Shown here piece by piece: positions 37,816 through 49,400 of a stretch of DNA of 64,000 nucleotides. Source of the DNA: Gnetum montanum (lineage: Eukaryota; Plantae; Gnetophyta); the NCBI GenBank assembly GCA_015680685.1, contig MNCI01001992.1:18751-82750 (forward strand), written 5' to 3'. How positions within the stretch are numbered: the first letter of the stretch is position 1; each line of letters starts with the position of its first letter. The position numbers were made by a program, and so were the translations under genes. Under the pieces are notes generated by a model, which was not told the origin of the DNA, searched no databases, and was given only the letters and a program-made list of their open reading frames with translations.

Positions 37816-40800
37816 GTCAATTATCTAATTGAGGTTCTGCTTAGTTCTAGCTATAATCTCTTTGCAAGGAGATTAATTGTTCTAGGATTGTCCTTCCAAA
37901 AATGTCCAATCCTATAGATCCCTCGCAGTTTAGACCAATTGGCATTTGTAATACCTTGCTCCAAGTATTTACAAAAATGCTGGTACAACACATGATCCTG
38001 CTAATGCTGTGCCTTGTGGGAGCACATCAGGCTAGCTTCATCAAAGGTAGGTTCTTATAGGATTAGCTAATTCTACCGCAGGAGGTTCTTCATTTGCTGC
38101 AGATGGCAAGGTTACTAGGAATGTGTTTGAAGTTGGACATTACGAAAGCTTATGATATTGTCAGCTGGGAAGCATTATTTGAGATCATGATACGTAAGGG
38201 GTTTAACTCTAGGTTTGTGTATTTATGCATTTAGTTATAGGCATCAAGAGCATACTCATTCGACATTGGGGGTAAACTATGGGGGTTTTCCTTCCCTAGC
38301 TGAGACTTCTGCAAGGAGATTTGCTATCCCCATTACTGTTTATTATAGCAATGGATACCCTACAGATGTATTACAAGTTGGAAGGTGTTTGAGGTTTGGA
38401 GATCGCTAGGGTGGAATGTCTAGCAGAGCATTATGTGGACGATATCATGCTCCTATTGTGGGTGGCGGTCCCGCAAGCTCAGGCAATTGATTGAGCTCTT
38501 CGCAAAATGGCCCTAGAGGTGGGCTTAGAGATTAATAGGGGAAAATCCACCCTTCATCGACTCAACACTAATGCCTACATTGGTAGCAGGATATCTTAGA
38601 TCTTGGGGGTTCTCTGTGGTATTGCTCAAGACTCATATTTAGGTATGCCCCTCTACAATTGGGGTAGGAATTAAACTTGGTTGAACATGATCTAGAAAAT
38701 GTAGAACTGGATTGGACATTGGTCAAATCGATTCCTCACCCAAAAAGGATGGGTCATACTTGCCACCTTAATGTTGGTGGCCATGGCTCTCTTCATGGCA
38801 TTGGGGGCCTTCCCCCCCATAGGTACTATATTGAAAGTAATTAGAGACTTTATTTGGTCCCCTGNNNNNNNNNNNNNNNNNNNNNNNNNNNNNNNNNNNN
38901 NGGTAATCGCATGCATCTAGTATGTTGGGATACTACTGCTAGACCAAGGGAGGCTAGGTGGCTTGGAATTCTCAAATTTCAAGATAAGATTACAATGGGA
39001 TACTAGCAGCTTACTAATCGAGTCTTGTAGCATGATGAGGGGACTGCCTAATGGATTCGTATTATGTGCAACAAGTAGCAACAATGAGAGGCGGATACCC
39101 ATGTTTCACCAATCTAGCACAATCTCTGCAAGCATGCACATGATATTATGCGGGGGGATATGTTGGGGGTATCACCATGGGAAATTATTAAAGCTAAGTA
39201 TCCTAGAATTGAAGGTTGTAGAGCATACGGAATGGTAGAGTATTAGAAAAGTTAAAGGTGTTTATTTGGCTGGTAGGCCACACATGGCTTCCGGTATGTC
39301 ATGGTTCTTCATGCACGAGGCTTGAATTTTAATCATTCCTACCCATTATGTATTGACACCCTTGAGACCTTAGCTCACTTTATGTATCCGTGTCCATTCA
39401 TGGTGGACACCTAGCAAGTTGTAGCTATTCCAACTCCAATGAATTTAGATAGTGACTCCAAGGTGATGATGGTGCTTTGGTCATTTTGGAAAACCAAAAA
39501 TAGTGCAATTTTTAGGGCTCTATGACCTCCATCGGCATAGGTTGCGGCAATTGGATTCCGTTTGTGGAGGGAAGCTTCTGCTACCATGGGAGTGATGCCT
39601 ACTTTTGAATCATCTTGTGTAGCCTACCAGGCAAACTAGGAGCTTTGGAGGCTTGTCGAACGAGTTAGGTGGGCTGATGTCCTTCCCCTATTAGAGGGGG
39701 ACCATGACTTGGTAGATGGCCCTTTCTTCTCCAATTGGGTTGGTGAGTTTACTTCTTTTCGTGGCATTTGGATAGAGCTCATGAAGGCTTCCTTGCCATG
39801 GTATTTGGGCATCTTGGCAACAGAGGAGACTATCCTTCCCATTGGTCATGGATTGCAGGATGCAAAAGGCTTCTTCCAAAGATCGGTAGTGGCTAGGTGC
39901 CGAAATCGGCATTACGACAACTGTGGAAAGACATGGCAGAGCTCGTTGATTGGTTCTTGGTGCAATCGAGGAATGTATGGAAACTTCAGGGCATACACTT
40001 CACTTTGTTGAAGTGCATGCGCTTGGGTTAGGGAATCAATCTCCCAAAATTTTTTCTGGCTACACTTTGCCAACAATGACAAGGCTGCCATTTAGGCCTT
40101 ATTTTGGCATTGTGGTGGGCCACCACACCGGTTATTCCTCCACCCCAAGGGTTGGTCGTTGTCCAGCTGTCTATGAGCATAGATTGGTGGGCAACAGGAG
40201 TGTTGCCCCAACCTTAACCCTAGATTTGATGTCGATGCCACCATTGGCATAGGCCCAAGTCATGGATAGCTCGATGGTTTAGGGGGAGGAGTTGGAGGGG
40301 TTGTAAGAGACATTAGGGAAGTCTTCTTCCCTAGCTCAGCTCGGTTAAGAGCTCGAACAACGTTTCAATGAGGGCTTGCAATAGAAGACCAAGGAGGTGG
40401 CTGAATAGGCGAGGTGGGAAGAGCGGTTCTTGTGGGAAGCCAAATGGCTAGCCTAGGAGGAAGAATTTCAGTGGCTTACAGCCCAGATGGAGATGTGGCA
40501 CGTTGACAAGGAGAAAGAGCTTTTATAGAAGTGGGACCTACAAGAAATGGTAGCTAGGGCTGCGTTGATTGATGAATTGTGCATCCAAATCAGGATGGAG
40601 CTGCAACAAGAAGAATAGCAGAGGGCGAAGTAGGAGCAGGTAGAGTTATAGGCCAAGGAGTAGTAGGAAGAGGTCGAGTAGATGCAACGGCAATAGGATA
40701 AGATGCATGCAAATAGTGCCTAACTTTGGTTACAAGATGGCAAATGTCTATATGTCATTATGGGCATCAACTATAACACCTTTTGGCTAGCTTTGCGTTG

Positions 40801-41366
40801 ACATGTCAGGTGCATGGCTGCCAAACTTTACCTAGATGGCAAAGGAGATGTTGTAGAATGTGCATGGAAAGAGGTTGCCTTCAAGGAATTTCAATAGGCG
40901 GTTGTGTTTGTAGATACTGAGCATCATCGTGACATTCTCCAAGTGATACATTGCTAGAAATGCCATGCCTGCCATTGTAATAGGCTCCCCAAGAGACTTT
41001 GGAGGAGTGGGTCCTATGGCTAATTGTACCTGCTTTTCTTAGTCTCCTTGTTTTTGTCAGTTTCTCTTTTGGTCAGTGGTAGCAACTGTTTGTAGTTCCC
41101 TGTTATGTTGGTCCTTCCCATGGAGTCCCCCAGATATGGGGACAGTTGTCCTTGTCTATTTTCTATACCTTGTTTGTCAGTTTTCTCTTGGTCTTAGAGG
41201 TCCCAGGGCATAACATAGTTTGCGGCATGACGAGAGGGGAGAAAATACCCCCTCTATAAATGGGGGTTTCTCACCCCCAAAATAATTTTTGACTGTACAT
41301 AAACTGTGATCTTTCATTAGTATAATCCTGAACTTTCTCTCAACAAAATAAAAATAAAAATAAAAA
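37816..41366 (+). mobile_element. LINE copy D: 5'-truncated; RT, zf-RVT, PMD-like, coiled coil, J-like, 3' UTR
   Basis: FRPIGICNTL, LKLDITKAYD, HYVDD, FWKTKNSAIFR, then PFFSNWVGEFTSFRG, an E/R/Q-rich tract, and CLYVIMGINYNTFWLALR*HVRCMAAKLYLDG. (A4-5T)n tail. Candidate TSD TTCATTTTGTCAATA / TTCATTTTATGAATA. Contains a 37-N gap at 38865-38901. Confidence 0.85.
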
Positions 41367-41509
41367 TTCATTTTATGAATATTTTGGCCAAAAACAAGCT
41401 TGGCCCCCTACAATATACATTGGCCCTTGCACATTTTTATATGGAGGCTGTCTTTCTCATCATATATAACTTGTTGAAATTCATTGATTTAAGTTAATGA
41501 TTGATGATT

Positions 41510-42015
41510 GATGATGAAATTGATGAACTTGTGATGACCTTGATAATTTGATGATAATCAAATAATTGCAACAAAATTTTCCCTCTTCTATTTGTCTACC
41601 AGTTCACCATGAAACATCATGATACAAAGAATTAAACAATCTTAAACAAACCTTTGACATATTTTGAGGGTAAAACAATCCTTGTTTGAACATTTGATAG
41701 AGGTGTGATGTTGACCAAAGTTATTCAAAGTCGCTTGGGGAAGATTTCAAGTTTTGGAAATCATTGATGAAGTTGATGAACTTTTGATGACAATCAAATA
41801 ATTGCAACACAATTTTCTCTCTCTTTGTTCTCTCTCCCTCTTTTACAATTGAAACACCAATTTCACCATGAAGCATCATGACATGAAGAGTTAAACAATC
41901 TTAAACATACCTTAGACATATTCTAAGGCTAAAACAATCCTTGTTCAAAAAATTGTCAAAAGGTTTGAAGTTGACCAGAGTTGTTTAGAGTTTGGGAAAG
42001 ATTTCAAGTTTTAGA
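41510..42015. repeat. Diverged tandem duplication, unit about 250 bp
   Basis: TGATGAA.TTGATGAACTT...AATCAAATAATTGCAACA...TTAAACAATCTTAAACA...AAGATTTCAAGTTTT twice. Confidence 0.8.
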
Positions 42016-42258
42016 ATTGATTTTTTGGTTCGACCATGAGTCATGGCCTAGTTGCAATAGTCACCATGACCTTACCACATGTTGGAATCAGCCAAAAATC
42101 AATTAACACTAGTGGACCCCTGATGAAGACCCTCAAAATTAGTATAATGTTTTTTTTCTCCAATCCTCTTAAAATAGGGGCCTAGACTTACAGTAGCAAC
42201 TAATTAGGATATGACTCATAATAATGGTAGGTTGATGACAAGGCTTATGTACCTCTTT

Positions 42259-42626
42259 TTTTTTTGGGAAAATATTCGGAAGTATATTACTGAAAAAAGA
42301 AATATAGTACAGGGAATTACAAATCGTGGGTCATCAGTAATGGCCCTCAATGGGTGGGGAAAAACCCCAAGTCACAAAGCAATCCAACACCCCATCATTC
42401 ATTGTAAAACCAAGCAAAAAGAAACCCCCAGAAAACCTAGCAAACACATTTTGGGGGGGAGGGCAAGCACCGCCTGCGGTTTGAAACAACACCCCCCCTA
42501 GGGGTTCGTCGGCAGTTGACGGTAGGCGCTCCAGCTCATGAAGAAGGTCCAACGTGTTTCGGTGGTCCTCCGTGTCCATGAAACTGGTGGCCTACTGGAT
42601 ACCCTGCATGGTCGACTTCCTGCATA
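42259..42626 (-). mobile_element. LINE copy H: young 368-bp 3' end with a very long TSD
   Basis: Identical 32-bp flanks GTAGGTTGATGACAAGGCTTATGTACCTCTTT at 42227-42258 and 42627-42658; poly(A); encodes GIQ*ATSFMDTEDHRNTLDLLH, homologous to the end of the J-like domain. Confidence 0.85.
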
Positions 42627-44627
42627 GTAGGTTGATGACAAGGCTTATGTACCTCTTTCCCTTGTTAATCATAACAAGTTTATGATGAGATGAGACTTTA
42701 CTACTCTTCATAATTCTAAGGATTGATGCATTGATTGCATATCACCTATCTTTAGTAGTACTAAAACAAATACTCATATAGATAAGGGTGATAGCTAACA
42801 TTTCTCATCGCTTAGGAAGCTAGAAAATATTAAACATTTGTGTGACTCGTTTGCTTCAAGTTTTGTTTTACAAGTAGCACCAAGGGTTGTAGTTGAATGT
42901 AATCCTAATCCTCCACTATGATTCCATCAAACAAGATCATTTAATGTATAATAGGTTTTAAATAATGGTTGGAGATAAAAAAAATATCTAGGTTTCAACA
43001 ACTTTACCCATGTAATGTTATTGCATTCCCATAGTGAGGGCTATCCAGCTCAACAAATCTGATCATTGTTTGGCCATGAGTTGGGTTATCTTTTGGTTTT
43101 AAGCTACACAAACCAAGCTCGACTCAATCATCATTTTTGGACCACACTTTAATATACCCCAAAATAGGTAATTGGGGATTGTATGTGAGGTGGGTACACA
43201 CTTATGAATAACACTTGCATCATAGTTTACGTTCGAGTGTTGTGCAACTCAACCCCCTTAGGTCCAATGGCTCAAGATATTAAGCCAAAGTAAGCACATG
43301 TATAAGTAGGGTTGGATAGTGGTGCTCATCTCCACATCCATGGTAGGGTGTATATAAAATAAATAAACAATGCAACCCATTCATTCAAGGTATGGGAATG
43401 ACTATATTATTATTTAAATGATTACTTAACAATCTTTAGAAATACTACATGCTTTATACAAAACATACCAATCAAATGCATCATTCACCTAATTACTAAC
43501 TGTGAGCTTAGGTGAATTGCTTATCTTGGGCCCAAAGAGTTTCTAATCATAATTCATGTGGGTGAATTTTATGGAAAGTAAATAAACATAGATAATCACA
43601 CATATTTTCTTTCTTTTCTTTACTAAAATAAGAGAGCATAATTGTTGGTAAATAAATGGGGTTAGCATATTGAAATAATAATAAATGATTAATATTTTAC
43701 TTTGCATGAAAGGAAAATTTAACTATGATAAAATATACAAAACATTCATTATGTATTAAAAGACTTACTCCAAGGAGACTTCCAGGCTTTCAAGATCCAC
43801 TATCCTTAACTTATAAGAGAGAGTAGATAACTGTGCATTTCAAGTAAGTTCTTAGATGCCATATAAAGAACTAGCTCATACATCAACAATGGAATGTCAC
43901 AACACAGGTTTGCTTCTTATTTATGTCAAGAAAAGGTATGTTACAGCCTTACACTTAATAAGTGTTCACATGCGAAAATCAACTACTATTTCCTTCATTT
44001 TAAGGCATTCTAAATTTGGTGCACAAAGTTTGAGGGTAGGGCCTGAATTTTTGGCAATCAAATATGACTATAGAGGAAAATAAGGGGCTATGATAGATAT
44101 GACTAATAATTATCAACAGCGTTTATGAAAATGGCATTTTGCAAGGTTTTCTTTCATCCTAAGGCATTTTCAAGCTCTGCAATATCCTTAATTGGAAGGT
44201 AGAATCATGGAGAAGAAAGTACCAACAATAAAAATAATAACTCTGTTCTTTTCTCAGGCTACAAGAGAGGATAGACACAATGTCTGATATATTTTTCTCT
44301 TGAACAGAAAGCCATCACAATTGCTCTCTCTCTCTCTCTTTCTGTAATAAAAAATATGGAGGACACAGAATAGACTTTTAAAACTGACGTTTCATCATTA
44401 TTAATCAAAATTTTTTCTTAATGGAATCAGAAAACAGTAAGCAGGGGGTAATGGCCATGAAAGAAAAAGTAGCAGTCTCTAATCTAAGGACAATCATCAT
44501 CAAAGAGTCTATAATCTCTAAAATTCTTATCTTAAGCAAATAAAATAACTAAACTACATGAGCTTAATTGCAAAATGAAAAGGACAGACAAATAAACACT
44601 GAAATGTACCAGGCTTGAACAATGCCA

Positions 44628-44745
44628 TCATTTAGAGTGATGGTAAGGTGCTAGTTTCTCAAGTCGAAGACCTGGGTTTGTGCTTGGGTGCTGCCACTTG
44701 AAGAGGTTAGGCTTTCGTTTATCTACTGACCTTTTGGAAGCTTGC
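44628..44745 (+). mobile_element. Au-like SINE
   Basis: GAGTGATGGTAAGGTGCTAGTTTCTCAAGTCGAAGACCTGGGTTTG...GAAGAGGTTAGGCT, homologous to the other copies. Confidence 0.65.
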
Positions 44746-45449
44746 TTAGTTGGATGAACACTATGGCTCCAGGTGATGATCCTTATGATCTTGATCCTAC
44801 CAAGCTTGAACGCCACGATGGATTAACATGGTGCCAAACTTTAAAATCCTTATTATTAAATTTTCCAACCTCATGTTTTCTCATTGAGAGATATGTAGGC
44901 TTGAACAAAGGACAATTTAACAATGAATTGGGACATGGCAACTCTTTGGAAGACCCCTAAAACTGACTACAAAAATGCTTAACAAACAGAACATGTGCAC
45001 TTCACACTTTTCACCATGAAAAAGACATTAAACAAATCCTCAATACGCATAGTTTTCTTTTATTTTTAAATGAGTACCCAACAGACCCTTTGGCCTTTCA
45101 GCTGTTACACACCAAGTCCCTCCAATCCTATAGCATATTGTAGCCCACACAAGCAGAACACCAAGGTTAGATAAAATGTTGGATGCGAACACCATCAAGC
45201 ACCTTCAAGGACTAAGCTCTTGTAGCCCTCATAAGAGATAACCAGCCTTCGATAGAATGGTAATGAAACACCAATTGCACATGACCCAAAGAAAGTGCTA
45301 ACTCATAAGCCCAATACATGTATGTCAAAAGTTAGACCCATAACTCATGAAAGGCCTTGTAGGTGACTCACAACTCATAAGAAAATCCCACATGCTCTCA
45401 TGAAATTATCCTCACTTGTTCAAACCAAGATAACAAACATCTTGGTGTT

Positions 45450-46402
45450 GTGGGTGGGTTGGGGGAGGGGTCTAGGTTTGATTGGTAGGAATTTGTCACC
45501 AACTAGTTGTCCAATGTGCATGAGCAGGTTATGCTGGCTTCCAAAGCACTCCACTGGGAGCTGTAGGTGAAATATGAGGACCTTGCTAGGGTTACCACGG
45601 AAGTGGAGGCTAGGGTGGGTGTGGAGGAAAGGGTTACTTGAAAGGTGGAGCTGCAAAAGTGGGAACAAGAGCAACAACTACATGCTGAGCAAGAAGAACA
45701 ACGTTGCATGGAGGCTGCCAAGGAGGAAAAGCACCAGAAGGACCTCTAGGAGGCCACCATCAGGAGCGAATTGGAGGATGCCTTGCGTGAGTAGACAAAA
45801 AAGGAGATGCACAAGGAAGAGCACGAGTGAAAAAGAAGGGTTGAAGAAGAGGAATAGTAGGCCAGAGACCTATTGGAGGCACAACAAATGAAGCGAAGCT
45901 AGGATGTTGTGCGTGAGTCAAATGCTCATCGCTGGCTGCAAATGGGGCACCACCCTTATGTCATCATGGACATTAACTGCAATACTGCTTGGCATGCCTT
46001 GCATCGATTCGTTCGGAAAATAGCGAGCAAGCTACATCTTGATGGGGTTGGGGGAGTCGAGGAGAACATGCAATGGGAAGAGCAATACAAACAATCCTAG
46101 GAGGTTGCTGCTTTCGTCACTTCTGAACATTAGCGGGTGGTCCTAGATGCCATCCACGCATAGGAAAGGGCTTACGACCCCTGCACAAGGCTGCCAAGAC
46201 CTCTTTAGCATTGTTTTCTAGGTGGACAATCAAGATCTCATGAGGGAGTGGACATGTAAGTGTGATAACATTCAAGAGAGCCACATGTCCTCTATTAAAT
46301 GAGTCCATTGCCCCTTTTCCTGCCATTAATATGAAGTGGACAATTAGCATATTTAAAAAAACATACATCACCCTCTCACATTGACTTTTCTTGTGGCCCC
46401 AT
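45450..46402 (+). mobile_element. LINE copy E: 3' fragment with coiled coil and J-like domain
   Basis: E/K/R-rich tract then WLQMGHHPYVIMDINCNTAWHALHRFVRKIASKLHLDG...WEEQYKQ (ORF 45909-46100). Left boundary approximate. Confidence 0.75.
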
Positions 46403-46414
46403 CTTTTTGGCTTG

Positions 46415-49400
46415 TTTTTTTTGGAAAATGGTCAGGCTAGATAAATTAATAATAATAAAAATATGTGCAATTAGGACCTAGATCAAAAAATAGGGGAGAC
46501 ATCCCCCCTGGGGACTTAATCCTCGAACACACCACAGTGCCTAGGGACCACCCTTAGGCCATTGGAAAGCGTGAAACCATCAAAGCAAAATGGGCCCCTA
46601 AAATAGGCCTTCTACGACATACTGCATTTGGCTAGGAAGCATTCGAGAAGCATGAAAACAAACCAATTGAAAAAAGATAAGTAGAGAGATAGATCAGAAC
46701 AGGAACTGAACAAAGCCAATCAACCGACACCCCAAAAACAACCACCCCCCAAAAACTCAACAAAAAACCAAAACAACACTCCATTACTCATGGTGGGGTA
46801 GGCTGGAGTAGGCACATCTAGGGTGCACCCTAGAGTGAACCTAGTCAAGAATTTCCCTTTGTTGTTTAGAGGTCATAAATGTTGCAACCTATTGGAACTG
46901 AATGAATTCCTCTTCCTTCCATTGTCTCTCCTCTGTAGGCTGATTTTTCATTTTATTTGGATGGAACCTAGTAGCAACTGATCAGATGTATTGTTGCAGC
47001 GTGGCCTATGACACATTCCTATTGATGCTATAATTATTTAGGGGTAGCATCCCTTCAGTAGCCAATGTTTGGCTTTCGACTAGTGAGCCTGATCAAGCTG
47101 CTTGCTCATCTGTTCCTCTTCAAAAGGGCCCTAGCTCTCTATGCTTTGGCTTCTTTCATAGGACATTTCCTATCCACGTCTTCTTGGAGGATTTTCGTCT
47201 TGATCTCTTGCCTAAGCTCCTTCTTCTCCTGCTAGATACTAGCCTCTTGATGCTTGTGTTGTCTCTGCAGCTCCTCGGCCTCCTCTCGAAGTTGGCGACG
47301 CTCAGCCTAGACCCTTGCCTAAACATCCTATGCCTATTGAAACATAATTACCTCCCATCTAATCCTTTCCTCGTCACGAACCCTGGCCTCCGTTTCTGCC
47401 ATAACCTGCTGAAGTTTGTCTTCTAGATCATTATGCACCTCCCTTCTCCTAGCCTCAATATCCATTGATACCCAAACGCCCCTAGAGGCTACGCTGAGGA
47501 TGACTTCCCAGAAACCCCCGTAGCTAGGGTTGATGATGACAAGGTAGCCTCTTGTAGATGTAGCTTGCAGTAAACATGAGCAAAAGGGATAGGGCGGGTT
47601 GGAGGGTCCAAAGGCTATGTAGTCCACCAAAGGGCCAGAATGAGCCCTGAGTGCTACCCCTTACATTCACGGTGCAGTGACGCTAGAAAGAACTTGGGGA
47701 GATTCACCAGCCATGCATCCCTCATGCAATGCAAGAAGGCAAAGTGAGCCCCTTGCAGTTTCCAAGCGTTGCTAGATTGCACAACGTATTGATCAACTAA
47801 TTTGGCCACCTCTTGCTAGAGGGGAGGTAGCGCAAACTACGGAACTTGCCCACTAGTAGTCTTGGGGATAGGCTCAATGAAGAAACCCTTGGCATATCTT
47901 TGGTCCCTCCCAGTAGGTAGAATGACCTCACTTGACGCTGGCATCCCTAGGTAAGCTACCAACGCTTCCTCAATTAGGGTAATCCGAACCCTTCTAAAAA
48001 TAGTTGCATCCCCCCACCATTACTGAAAGAAACTGCTATGTATGATGTAGGGTTCACTCACGAGAAGCAACAACACTTAAGCCCATTCCATCTCCTTTAC
48101 TACGTCCCAAAGGTACCTCTTCTTATGATACATCGTCGCCTTAGGCTCAAACGTTGACGTAACCCCCATAGCCACTGTTACTTCAACCCATAGTCTATGC
48201 GCTAAGCAAGTGACATGCGTAGGGGTAGGATAAGGTGGGGCACGGAAAGTCTTGGCATTGTGGGCTTTCTAGATTTGCCACAAAACAACAATATGAAAGG
48301 AGTCCCTAGACACATGCAGGGTCAGATTGGTTCGTACTTCAGCCCACACCATAGTAGCTAACAGGCAATGAAGAAAAAGATGAGCCGTTGACTCAGTGCA
48401 TGGGTGACATAATGGACAGTCATCATGATTGATAATCCCCCACACTTTGAGTGACACACATAGTGGTAATGCACCATGCAAAATAAGCCAAGTGAAACAC
48501 TTGATTTTCTTTGGAAGCCACCTCCTCCAGAGACACTTCCAACCATCTTGATTCGGGTATTTGAGCTTGATGGTGTCCTTGGGCGCCTATCCCATCATTC
48601 TTCCTTGAAGCAATTTGTGTGCATGAGCACAAATATTTTGCCACATGTGGGAATCCTTGGGCACTACCACCCAATGCATGTACTTAGAAGCCATGATATG
48701 GGCCCATTGTGGTTTGCTCCTTGAGTCTTGCATTAGTCGATTGATAACAGTTTGATGCCCCATCAAAAGGACATCTTCAAATTTTAGCACCCCTAGGCCT
48801 CTTGCAGCCTTGGGCCATGCCACCGTATCCCAACACACTAAGTGTGGACAGTTTCCACCTTTACCACCAGACTAGATGAAATTCTTGATGATTTGGTTGA
48901 TTTTATTGGTCACCCCCGCAGGTGGAGTGGCAAAAAAGCAACATTGTGGGTAATGGCAAGAAAAACAGAGGAGGTCTAAAGGATCTTACCTTTGTGAGTG
49001 AGAAACCACGTAGTCCAATGACCAACCCATGAAAGGAGTTGGATCAACCATGTCCACATTTTTGTTTTGTTCCATGTAAACATGGGAATACTTAGGTAAG
49101 ACTCATGGTTAGTTCCTGGCAAGATCCCAAGAGATTGACATGCTTGTTGCTGAATTGGTGCTTCCGTGTGGAAAAAGTGCACCGTAGACTTCCACCTATT
49201 TGGTTGTAAGCTAGTTTCCTGTGCCAAATGGTTCAATGCCCGATTAATAGCAAGAGCTTGCAGCACCACGACCCAGGTCATGATGATGGTATCATTGGTG
49301 TAATGTTTAGTAATGCATGTTGTGCCTAGAATTCTGAGTCCTTGAACACCCTCCTCCCTATAGTAAGTTTGCATGGTATCCATAATGATAATAAACAGGT

